IMG/VR virus record: IMGVR_UViG_3300032087_005453
Location: 1 to 64,000 of that record
Length of the DNA: 64,000 nucleotides
Strand: one strand, 5' to 3'
From: a virus
Position 1 is the stretch's first letter. Each line of letters starts with the position of its first letter. The notes beneath the pieces are model-generated. The model was not told the origin of the DNA. It saw only the letters and a program-made list of their open reading frames with translations, and did not search any database. A program made the position numbers and the translations under genes. Shown here piece after piece: positions 36,172 to 44,056 of the stretch.

Positions 36172-36604
36172 ATTTTGTAGCCTCCGCTAAGTCTTTAAAT
36201 ATCTTAGCAAATTCTTTTCTTTCTTGGTCGGTTTTGAGATCTTTGGGTATATCATACTCTACGCTTACCAAATAATCAGAAACAGCATCCGTAAAATCGG
36301 AATACTTATCTCTTTCCCAACCATAACTTGATTGTACTCTGCCAAGTATCGGGTCGAATTGAGAAGTATTAACCATTGTCTCACATTTTAAGAGATATTC
36401 TGCACCACCAGAAAATAGTTTATGAATTAACTCTTTATCTTCTTTAGAATCTATTTTAGTAAATTCTTCTTGTACGAGTTTTAATTCATTACTAGCATCA
36501 TTCTGAATTAGCATTGCTTGATCTGACTTCATGAGCCAAACCGAGCCAGCTATTATCATGGCAGCAACTGAGATAACTAATGAAGTTGAATTATTTTTAT
36601 CCAT
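36164..36604 (-). CDS. Hypothetical protein with N-terminal membrane anchor
   Basis: Single hydrophobic helix near the N-terminus. Confidence 0.65.
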   Translation of the reverse strand: MDKNNSTSLVISVAAMIIAGSVWLMKSDQAMLIQNDASNELKLVQEEFTKIDSKEDKELIHKLFSGGAEYLLKCETMVNTSQFDPILGRVQSSYGWERDKYSDFTDAVSDYLVSVEYDIPKDLKTDQERKEFAKIFKDLAEATKYE

Positions 36605-37004
36605 CTACATTTACCTCTTTTTCATTTTTTGGCTCAACAGCAATGCTTTTTGCTTTAAAAAGGAAGTTGTTGAGGTCAATAACATTACTCAAAGCTTCTT
36701 TAGAAGCTAACTCATCCGCCCTCGTTCTTAAATAGGAGAGACACATGAAGTCAATAAGATCTTTGTTGTCGCTATTGAGTAGTTGCTCAATTGAAGTAAT
36801 TTTAGTCATTTTCACTTTGTCCTTTTTAATGCTAAATAAACTTTTAAAACTAGCAGATGTTAGCAATATATATATTCCACCGACTCCAGCAATACCCATC
36901 TGAACAAAATACTGAATATCAGCAACATCTTTGTCTACCAACTGCCAATATCCAGCCATTCCCCCAGATACTAGAATCAATGCAAGTCCTATCAAAGCAT
37001 TCAT
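36597..37004 (-). CDS. Hypothetical membrane protein (2 TM)
   Basis: Two N-terminal hydrophobic helices. Confidence 0.65.
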   Translation of the reverse strand: MNALIGLALILVSGGMAGYWQLVDKDVADIQYFVQMGIAGVGGIYILLTSASFKSLFSIKKDKVKMTKITSIEQLLNSDNKDLIDFMCLSYLRTRADELASKEALSNVIDLNNFLFKAKSIAVEPKNEKEVNVDG

Positions 37005-37008
37005 TCAA

Positions 37009-37224
37009 TCAACCTTTCTTTGTGTTGTCCTTAATCCATTTAATTAGAGAATCAAGACCAACTGAAATAATTGGAACAACAAGCATACCTGTAGCACCAA
37101 GATCAAGATGTCCAAGATTATCAGCAACATATGTTAATGCTGCCGCACCTCCGACAAGTACTGCATTTTTTACTAAATTGGCTACATCCGCTTTGTTTAA
37201 ACTAAAACTTTTTGAATTTTCCAT
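37009..37224 (-). CDS. Holin-like small membrane protein
   Basis: 71 aa, two hydrophobic helices, basic C-terminus. Confidence 0.5.
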   Translation of the reverse strand: MENSKSFSLNKADVANLVKNAVLVGGAAALTYVADNLGHLDLGATGMLVVPIISVGLDSLIKWIKDNTKKG

Positions 37225-37234
37225 TTTAACCCCT

Positions 37235-37744
37235 TTACTGATCTAAACCTAAAACTAATATTTTGTAATTTACACCAGAACCTTGATCGTTCAACTCAAA
37301 AGCCTTATTGCTAGCAGTAACAACGGTTCCAGTGTACACATCATTGTAAGAAAAAGAAGAATATGGTTTTACAACAAGATTACCAGACCCACCATTGAAA
37401 ATATTTGTGAAAGCATTCGTGCCCGTGGCGGTAACTGTAAAATCATATCCTTCTGTGGTAGAATCATTATAAACTGAGAAGTGTTTCACTCCAGAAAAGT
37501 TTATATTTTGACTCGAACCAAAAGTAGTTTGACTTATTGCTTGTAAATCAAACTCGACCGTCCCGCCAGATGGCAGAACTCCAGTTATAGACACTCCGTT
37601 AGTTACTTGATTATCTCCACTGCCATAAGTATAGGACGAAGATAAATTCTTTGAATCCGTCAAAGAAGCAGATTCTCCAGCATTCGTCTCTGTTAGAGTG
37701 AAACTGGACTTATTATTATATGTTGCTGTTATAGATAGAGCCAT
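37235..37744 (-). CDS. Putative virion structural protein
   Basis: S/T/G/N-rich beta-type composition. Confidence 0.55.
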   Translation of the reverse strand: MALSITATYNNKSSFTLTETNAGESASLTDSKNLSSSYTYGSGDNQVTNGVSITGVLPSGGTVEFDLQAISQTTFGSSQNINFSGVKHFSVYNDSTTEGYDFTVTATGTNAFTNIFNGGSGNLVVKPYSSFSYNDVYTGTVVTASNKAFELNDQGSGVNYKILVLGLDQ

Positions 37745-37745
37745 A

Positions 37746-38300
37746 TTATTGTTCTTTCAATTCTATGGTTCCAACTGAAATTCCATTGGGAATTCCAATG
37801 ACCGTTACGTTAACGTTAACTTCTTTACGTGACTTTGTCAAGACTGAACAAGAAATATATCTTTCAAATATTTGAGTATCAGTGGGGTCATTTATTTTTG
37901 AAATAAACTTTTGACGATGTGTATCTTTTAAAGCGTCTGGAATTAATGAATGCAATGATTTACCAACTATTTCTGATTTGGTATAACCTAACATTTCCAA
38001 CGCTCCATTTGACCATGCAAATATTTTACCTTCATAGTCTACCCCAATAAGAGTATTATTTGAAGTATTGATTACCTTTTTTAATAATTCTTGATCATGT
38101 CTATTATCTATTTTATCAATACATTTTTTAGTCAAAGATATTTCATGAGACAAATCTTCTTGCAATACTTGCGTTTTTTGCAATATAGTGGATACATTTT
38201 TTATAAGTACGATGTTTAACGCAGATAAAATACCAAACGCAAAAATTAGACTAAATACTAATATATTTACGACATAATTATTGTTGTGGCTTCGAGACAT
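37746..38300 (-). CDS. Membrane-anchored stand-alone PAS-domain protein
   Basis: TM helix, coiled coil, then IGVDYEGKIFAWSNGALEMLGYTKSEIVGKSLHSLIP (PAS S-box). No kinase or output domain. Confidence 0.82.
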   Translation of the reverse strand: MSRSHNNNYVVNILVFSLIFAFGILSALNIVLIKNVSTILQKTQVLQEDLSHEISLTKKCIDKIDNRHDQELLKKVINTSNNTLIGVDYEGKIFAWSNGALEMLGYTKSEIVGKSLHSLIPDALKDTHRQKFISKINDPTDTQIFERYISCSVLTKSRKEVNVNVTVIGIPNGISVGTIELKEQ

Positions 38301-38562
38301 TTTCAATCCTTATCTGCAATTTTTCTAATTGATTTTGAATCTCCATATTCTGCTCTAGATTTTTTCTATACATTTCATCAAAATCATCATCACGTCGTTG
38401 TATATACTGCAACCATTCCCCTCGCTCACTTTGATGCCTTTCTTCTATTGACGGTATGTGTTTTACCACCAAATACCAAACAAGAGCACCAAAACCACCA
38501 GCGGTTGCTAATTGCACGAGAGGTTCAATCCAAGATGTAAAATCACTAGGATTATCATTCAT
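38278..38562 (-). CDS. Small membrane protein (1 TM plus coiled coil; BhlA/UviB holin-like architecture)
   Basis: GGFGALVWYLVVK TM followed by a charged coiled coil; GGAGG RBS. Confidence 0.55.
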   Translation of the reverse strand: MNDNPSDFTSWIEPLVQLATAGGFGALVWYLVVKHIPSIEERHQSERGEWLQYIQRRDDDFDEMYRKNLEQNMEIQNQLEKLQIRIENVSKPQQ

Positions 38563-38573
38563 AACTTGCCTCC

Positions 38574-38654
38574 AAAAAACAACCCTAGACTCCGGATGAA
38601 GCTGTGAATTTAGATCTAGTCTAAATAACTTTCTAAATCCGGATATCTAGGGTT
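38574..38654 (-). ncRNA. Novel hairpin RNA motif, copy C, plus U-tract (terminator-like)
   Basis: Minus strand AACCCTAGAT-A-TCCGGAT-TTA-[GAAAG]-TTAT-TTAGA-CTAGA-TCTAA-AT-TCA-[CAGCT]-TCAT-CCGGA-GTCTAGGGTT-G-TTTTTT. Confidence 0.75.
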
Positions 38655-38668
38655 TCAATGATAATTAC

Positions 38669-39295
38669 TTACGCACCGGAACGGGCTTTGTAATCATCTT
38701 GTTTTGCATCAATCGCACCGTACATGTAAGCCAATTCACCAGGAATGGACTTGTATGTTACGAATTGACCTTGATCTACAGCATCAGATGCATTGTTTGT
38801 AGGCAGCTTGAATGTAATATCTCCAGTAGAAGGTGGAGTGCTCCAGTTTGTTCTCTGACCTGAGATTCCAACACCTCTCCAATATCCGGAGCGATGTGCA
38901 GTTGTGAGCAAAGCACCTTTAGCACTATCAGTAACATTATTCTTAGGACGATTTCTTGGAATACCATTGATTTGAAGAACAGTATTTGATTGATTGTTGA
39001 TCTTAGTTGTAACAGTTCTGATAATAAACTGATCTTGATCATAAGCAAATGTACCACCGGTATCTGCTTTTTGAGCACTATATGCGTGTGCCGCACCAGA
39101 TGCTTCAAGAACTAGAACCCTTCTTTCTCTACCATCAATAGCATTGTCTGTCAGATTGAAGGTTTGAGTGATAGGCCCAGCAGTTGTGTCAGTGGCAGAT
39201 GTAATACCAATGACTGTTCCACCATCAGCTTTTTCTGTTGGTGAAGAGTTATCACCAGTTGTTCCGTAAATAATTGTGTTTGGGAGTAAAGCCAT
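38669..39295 (-). CDS. Putative virion structural protein
   Basis: T/G/A-rich, preceded by a GGTGTATAAATA motif and GAAAGG RBS. Confidence 0.55.
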   Translation of the reverse strand: MALLPNTIIYGTTGDNSSPTEKADGGTVIGITSATDTTAGPITQTFNLTDNAIDGRERRVLVLEASGAAHAYSAQKADTGGTFAYDQDQFIIRTVTTKINNQSNTVLQINGIPRNRPKNNVTDSAKGALLTTAHRSGYWRGVGISGQRTNWSTPPSTGDITFKLPTNNASDAVDQGQFVTYKSIPGELAYMYGAIDAKQDDYKARSGA

Positions 39296-39361
39296 TTTAA
39301 TACCTTTCAGCTTTAATTACCCTGTCCTGTTTTTCCTAAAAATAATGTTCCACATCCACTA

Positions 39362-39373
39362 TATTTATACACC
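39362..39373 (-). promoter_or_regulatory. Putative late promoter GGTGTATAAATA
   Basis: Contains the T4-type late element TATAAATA; intergenic, upstream of a putative structural gene. Confidence 0.6.
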
Positions 39374-39374
39374 T

Positions 39375-40025
39375 CTAAACATTGTCACAGGTGATAATAT
39401 TTCCATTTTTTAGGTTTTTTAGTTTTTTTAATTTTAGCTGGTATTCAGCATCAGAACCAAATTGTTTTTCGTTGATAGACGTTACAGATCCGTCAGAACC
39501 TATAAATACAGCCCATTTTTCAGAGTCTTTTATAGACATGTGAATTTCGTTGATTTTTTCCATTAAATTAGTAAAGTGTAGCTCAACATTTTCATTTTCT
39601 ACGAACTCAACGGGATCTAAGTTAGAACACAGTTCTTTTTGAATTTGCCATCTAACAGAGGAAAAGCAAAACATTTTCTCAATACCAATTGCAAACCTGT
39701 ATTTAGACAGCACCTTTAGACATCCTACACCGTGAATATGATTATCCAAGATATGGAATTCATTATCAGTAATTGGAAAATTAGTGTGTCCAATCCAGCA
39801 ATCAAACATTCTAACAGCACAAAACTGGTCATCTGGATTCACAACACCAAATGGTGTGTTTATTTTATTGGTAAATAAGTCAATTGGGAGGATCTGGTCA
39901 AGCTGAGGTCGAACAAATTCCTGCTCATCTTCCTCATCAAATCCATTCTCAATATTATCTCTTATTTCTATTTCGTCATGTATTTCCTCAAGAATATATT
40001 TTTCCCAACCTATTTTTCTTTTCAT
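39375..40025 (-). CDS. Hypothetical protein
   Basis: 216-aa ORF with AAGGAG RBS. Confidence 0.7.
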   Translation of the reverse strand: MKRKIGWEKYILEEIHDEIEIRDNIENGFDEEDEQEFVRPQLDQILPIDLFTNKINTPFGVVNPDDQFCAVRMFDCWIGHTNFPITDNEFHILDNHIHGVGCLKVLSKYRFAIGIEKMFCFSSVRWQIQKELCSNLDPVEFVENENVELHFTNLMEKINEIHMSIKDSEKWAVFIGSDGSVTSINEKQFGSDAEYQLKLKKLKNLKNGNIITCDNV

Positions 40026-40036
40026 GGCAGCACTCC

Positions 40037-40318
40037 TTATCGGAATTGACTTGGTTTAACAACTGGATTGCTATTTTTTTGAAAAAGTCCTATAGATTGA
40101 TCCTTTTTTTCTTGTTCATCTATTAAAGAGAATAAAATGTTGATTATGTCTTTTTCTTCCTTAGAAAGGTCTTTGCTTTTGAGTATAATATCTCTTAGTA
40201 AGAATTGACCCTCTGCGGAAAACATCGTATAAAGTAGACTTTGAAAGTCTGAAAATTCTTTAAAATCCGACTCTAGATCCACCATGCCATTATTATGTGA
40301 AATAGTAATTTTTGTCAT
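40037..40318 (-). CDS. Hypothetical protein
   Basis: Coupled ORF. Confidence 0.6.
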   Translation of the reverse strand: MTKITISHNNGMVDLESDFKEFSDFQSLLYTMFSAEGQFLLRDIILKSKDLSKEEKDIINILFSLIDEQEKKDQSIGLFQKNSNPVVKPSQFR

Positions 40319-40659
40319 TTTCTACCCTGCATATTTGAGAACCTATATAAATCCATGCTTTTTTTATTAAATTTCACAAAACTTCCGGTATCCTTACATC
40401 TGGTTGAATTCGTAAAAAGATTGAAGTATATTTCAGTTCTTTCTTTGGTGGTTTTAATAGTCGAGAAGCTTTTAAGTGCAAGCGTCTCATCTACGTTATA
40501 GATGTGCCTGTCTAATTCGCTACGTAAAAGTGCCTCAAAATTACAAGGATGTTCAACCTTTACTGATGGAAGGTCACTATCTTTTTGCATAAATATCAAA
40601 AACGCACCCTCATCCCAACCGTTGTGACTCAAGATTCTCAACACCAGATAAACATCCAT
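40315..40659 (-). CDS. Hypothetical protein
   Basis: Coupled ORF. Confidence 0.6.
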   Translation of the reverse strand: MDVYLVLRILSHNGWDEGAFLIFMQKDSDLPSVKVEHPCNFEALLRSELDRHIYNVDETLALKSFSTIKTTKERTEIYFNLFTNSTRCKDTGSFVKFNKKSMDLYRFSNMQGRK

Positions 40660-41747
40660 TATACCAACCCTCCTAAATACTGTATTTTATCATGAAGTAT
40701 CGATGTTGAATTTTCCCATGTAAATTTACTGGCGGATTCTACACCTGCGGAGTTGACCTCTAATTCACCTTCCTGCCTTCTCTTGTGTACAGAACGCATG
40801 TATTCAACCATCTGGTCTACTTCATCAGAACCAATCTTTCTCCAATCAAATTGACCATGAAACCATTTTCCATCGTTAGCTGGTTCGTATCCACTATTCA
40901 TTTCAACAAGCATAGAGTTTTCTGAATCACAGAACTCAGTATGGGCAGTTGCATTTGTAATAATTAAATGTCTGCCACATCCTAGTAGTTCTAATGCTTC
41001 TAAATTCCAACCTTCAGCTCTTGACGGAAAAATACCGCAATGTATTTGTGACATAATATTATACACCATATTTTGCGTTTTTTGTCGTCCAACAAAGACT
41101 ATTTTGTCTCCAAGTTTAGTACCTTTGAAGCGGTGAATCCATGCATCAGTTTCATCCTGATTCAAGAAAAAATTATGAGGCATCATAATAAGTGCAACAT
41201 CATCAGTTTTTTCAAATGCTTTATTGAATATGGCAGGTAGGATGTCGTGCCCCTTCCTAACCTCAAACTTACCAAAATTACCAAATACTGTAGTTCCACC
41301 TTGTGGTAAAGGACAAGGCTTGAATATTTCTGGATCATAACCAAGTGGAACTACATGGGTACGTCCAATTTTATCTGGAATATTGGATTCAATAACCCCT
41401 TTTGCCCATTCTGATGACACAAACAAATAATCTGGATTATTAAGGGAATGAAGTTCTACATCTCTAAACTTCTCAAGCTCAAAGATAGGCATTCCTATTC
41501 TGAGACCTCTTCCGTAAAAAGGATTGAGATCATGTTGGTGCCATATACGTAAGCATGGTGCGGTATAAGAAAAGTCCCAACGAGACATAGCCTTCTCTAG
41601 GTGTGGGGCTAAGTTCTCGTCGGGACTATTTTGTCCAATCGGAATGTGTCTAAGGTCATATCCTAATTTAGAAAGTTCCTTAATGAAGTAAGAAGACACA
41701 TACCCGTAAGATGTTACGTTGATTGGGCAATTTATGTTTAAGATCAT
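40659..41747 (-). CDS. Glycosyltransferase family 4
   Basis: TSYG, GKFEVRKGHD, PSRAEGWNLEALE, FTWE. Confidence 0.88.
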   Translation of the reverse strand: MILNINCPINVTSYGYVSSYFIKELSKLGYDLRHIPIGQNSPDENLAPHLEKAMSRWDFSYTAPCLRIWHQHDLNPFYGRGLRIGMPIFELEKFRDVELHSLNNPDYLFVSSEWAKGVIESNIPDKIGRTHVVPLGYDPEIFKPCPLPQGGTTVFGNFGKFEVRKGHDILPAIFNKAFEKTDDVALIMMPHNFFLNQDETDAWIHRFKGTKLGDKIVFVGRQKTQNMVYNIMSQIHCGIFPSRAEGWNLEALELLGCGRHLIITNATAHTEFCDSENSMLVEMNSGYEPANDGKWFHGQFDWRKIGSDEVDQMVEYMRSVHKRRQEGELEVNSAGVESASKFTWENSTSILHDKIQYLGGLV

Positions 41748-41923
41748 TCATCTTTTTTCTTTTTTATAGGTTCAATCTTAGGTTCCATTTGCCTTTGGAT
41801 TTCAGCTACTTCTCTTTCAAGTTTAGCTTGTTCTCTAATGAGTTTCCGCTTTTTGAGAAGTTTCTGTTTTACCCTAGCTTCTCTAGCTTTTTGCTTTTGA
41901 AACTTCTTTCTTTCTTTAGACAT
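41744..41923 (-). CDS. Small very basic coiled-coil protein (59 aa, not in the ORF track)
   Basis: MSKERKKFQKQKAREARVKQKLLKKRK..KKKKDE*; GGAG RBS; ATGA overlap with the downstream gene. Confidence 0.7.
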   Translation of the reverse strand: MSKERKKFQKQKAREARVKQKLLKKRKLIREQAKLEREVAEIQRQMEPKIEPIKKKKDE

Positions 41924-42152
41924 CTTCTCCCCCGGATTGTTCCTTTACATAAAGTACTTGATCAGCCTTTACCAATATTGTCTCTGAAAAACCGTATTCA
42001 CCACACGAACGAATTTCAATACAGTTATCAGTTAGACCACCAGAAAAGACCTCATAAAACTGGTCTAATAAATCCCTAGCTTCGTCTGGAGACAGATATA
42101 CCGATATTTCACGATTATCCTTTAGAGCGATAGAAATTTTATTATACTTCAT
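41916..42152 (-). CDS. Hypothetical protein
   Basis: Coupled 78-aa ORF. Confidence 0.6.
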   Translation of the reverse strand: MKYNKISIALKDNREISVYLSPDEARDLLDQFYEVFSGGLTDNCIEIRSCGEYGFSETILVKADQVLYVKEQSGGEDV

Positions 42153-42153
42153 T

Positions 42154-42492
42154 TTAGAATCCAGCTTCAGCTTTTACTTTTCTTGCGAGCTTAAGCAAGC
42201 TATTTGCATACACAACAGATACACTTACTTGATTACCTTCTTTGTTGGTAAACTCTTCAGTAGCGAGTCGTCCAATAACCTGAACTCTGTCGCCCTTTCC
42301 AACTTCGTGGTACTCAAGATCGTTAAAGACATAGCCAAAAAGCTTGACATCAATGAAAAGAGTATCTTCAACTTCACCTCTTTTGGTGTTACAAGCAACA
42401 CGGATCTTACCAAATTTTCCACGTTCAGTTTCGATAATGTCTGGATCTCGCACCAAATTACCAATTAATCTTACTTCGTTTGTTAATGACAT
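42154..42492 (-). CDS. ssb: Single-stranded DNA-binding protein
   Basis: NEVRLIGNLVRDPD, FIDVKLFG, KGDRVQVIGRL. Confidence 0.9.
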   Translation of the reverse strand: MSLTNEVRLIGNLVRDPDIIETERGKFGKIRVACNTKRGEVEDTLFIDVKLFGYVFNDLEYHEVGKGDRVQVIGRLATEEFTNKEGNQVSVSVVYANSLLKLARKVKAEAGF

Positions 42493-42530
42493 TCTAATAC
42501 CTTTCTACTATTGTAAAATCCACCGAAATT

Positions 42531-42557
42531 AAAAATCCGTTTTTTACAGAAACGGAC
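42531..42557 (-). terminator. Intrinsic terminator-like hairpin upstream of ssb
   Basis: Minus strand GTCCGTTT-loop-AAACGGAT-TTTT. Confidence 0.6.
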
Positions 42558-42747
42558 AGGGGTGTTGCCACTCATTACCGGACTACCGGCCAGAAAAACT
42601 GTTTTAAAAAAAGTGCAATATGCCATCGGAATACGTCGTGTTTTTATCACTAATACCTCACCTTCACCTTAGTTGGTTCGTCAGCGTCTAGCGTTTATTT
42701 CACGATAACTACGGTATTTAGCCCCCGAATACATTAGCCTTCTTGTA

Positions 42748-43053
42748 TTAGTTGAATACTGTACTCAGCATCTTACCTCGAACAATCTGAGCATGACCGC
42801 GATTAGACTGAGAGTAAACAGCCATAGCAAGTTCTTGACTCATTCCAAGACGACGAGCAGCCTGCATTGTGCCACGCTTAGTGTTTGGGAATGTTCCAAG
42901 ACCAGATGTCAAAGCAACTGCTGTTACTGGATTGACGGTGACACCTCGAACTGCACCGCGACGACCAGTACCAACCAGACGGTTGTTTGTGTAAGTCCAA
43001 GAAAATCTAGAACTTACGGTTTCCAATGCTGTGAGAAATTCTGTTTGATTCAT
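42748..43053 (-). CDS. Hypothetical protein (probably early, highly expressed)
   Basis: AGGAG RBS and a sigma-70-like promoter upstream. Confidence 0.7.
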   Translation of the reverse strand: MNQTEFLTALETVSSRFSWTYTNNRLVGTGRRGAVRGVTVNPVTAVALTSGLGTFPNTKRGTMQAARRLGMSQELAMAVYSQSNRGHAQIVRGKMLSTVFN

Positions 43054-43091
43054 GTTTTTACTCCTGAAAAATTTGAAAGTGTTTATGTTGT

Positions 43092-43122
43092 ATTATACCG
43101 AGATTGAACCGAATTCTAACAA
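43092..43122 (-). promoter_or_regulatory. Sigma-70-like promoter TTGTTA..TATAAT
   Basis: Minus strand TTGTTAGAATTCGGTTCAATCTCGGTATAAT, about 40 nt upstream of ATG 43053; the spacing is slightly long. Confidence 0.45.
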
Positions 43123-43183
43123 CCTTTTTCGGAAAATATCCAACCGAAAGGTCAAAAAGATGGGTGATATTCTGATTGCTAGG

Positions 43184-43339
43184 CTATAATCTAATGTCAC
43201 TTGATGGTTTGTGGCTTACAGTCTCTGTTGACAATTCTAAACTATCAGTTCTGTTGGGCGTAGGCGAAATAAAATCAGCTAAAGAACCTCCAACGGTATG
43301 AATTTCCTTCTGGTTGTGTGCAGGCACGTAAATATTCAT
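43184..43339 (-). CDS. Possible 51-aa ORF
   Basis: GAAAGG RBS and ATG, but it lies antisense to a structured, terminator-ended plus-strand segment. Confidence 0.35.
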   Translation of the reverse strand: MNIYVPAHNQKEIHTVGGSLADFISPTPNRTDSLELSTETVSHKPSSDIRL

Positions 43340-43357
43340 ACTAACCTTTCAGAACTT

Positions 43358-43390
43358 AAGAGACAGGCGTAAAACGCTTGTCTTTTTTTT
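43358..43390 (+). terminator. Intrinsic terminator with no plus-strand CDS upstream
   Basis: AAGAGACAGGCGT-AAA-ACGCTTGTCTTTT-TTTT; G.U pairs favour the plus strand. Confidence 0.7.
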
Positions 43391-43612
43391 GAAATTTCAT
43401 TTTCGGCTCTCAGCGATTTAATTTAATATCAATAATAAAAACATTCTGTAGTTAACTTTTAAAGACTAAGGAATACTTACTTGTTGGTTAGTTTAAGATT
43501 TAAGATCAGTAAAGGGAAGGAAATCCCAAGGATAATATGATTATCACCTCCCTTTAATGAACATGGTCTATGTGGTTAGTTATTTCTAATAATATAAAAA
43601 GGACAAAAAAAC

Positions 43613-43963
43613 ATGATGACAGAAAAGGCAAAGGTCGTAGAAAAACGATGGGGTCGAGAAATCTGGTTTGCTAATAATGAGGAGAAAGATTATTGTGGTA
43701 AGATTCTCGAAATCAAACCAGACAGCCGGTTAAGTCTACACTTCCACATGATTAAAGAAGAACATCTTTTCAACTTGGAAGGAGATTGTCAGGTCACTTA
43801 TCTAACAAGAAGTGGAGACACAATAAAATTTGACCTTCAGGTTGGTTGTTCTTTTCACATTAGACCTGGACTTGTTCATCGATTTTCTACAAAGAATGGT
43901 TGTAGACTTTTAGAGGCTAGTACTTTTCATCGTGATAGTGATAGTTATAGAGTGCAACGATGA
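43613..43963 (+). CDS. Cupin-domain protein (sugar-phosphate isomerase-like)
   Basis: KRWGREIW, YCGKIL, SLHFH..KEE, PGLVHRF, EASTFH.DSDSYR. Confidence 0.82.
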   Translation: MMTEKAKVVEKRWGREIWFANNEEKDYCGKILEIKPDSRLSLHFHMIKEEHLFNLEGDCQVTYLTRSGDTIKFDLQVGCSFHIRPGLVHRFSTKNGCRLLEASTFHRDSDSYRVQR

Positions 43964-44002
43964 GCCTATCAATAGAAGATATTTCGTGTTGTGCAAGGAC
44001 CG

Positions 44003-44056
44003 ATTGAAGATAGTACATTTCATCTTGACTCAGATAGTTATAGGGTATTTATATGA
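44003..44056 (+). pseudogene. Remnant 3' end of a second cupin allele
   Basis: Reads IEDSTFHLDSDSYRVFI*, versus LEASTFHRDSDSYRVQR* in the intact gene upstream. Confidence 0.7.
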
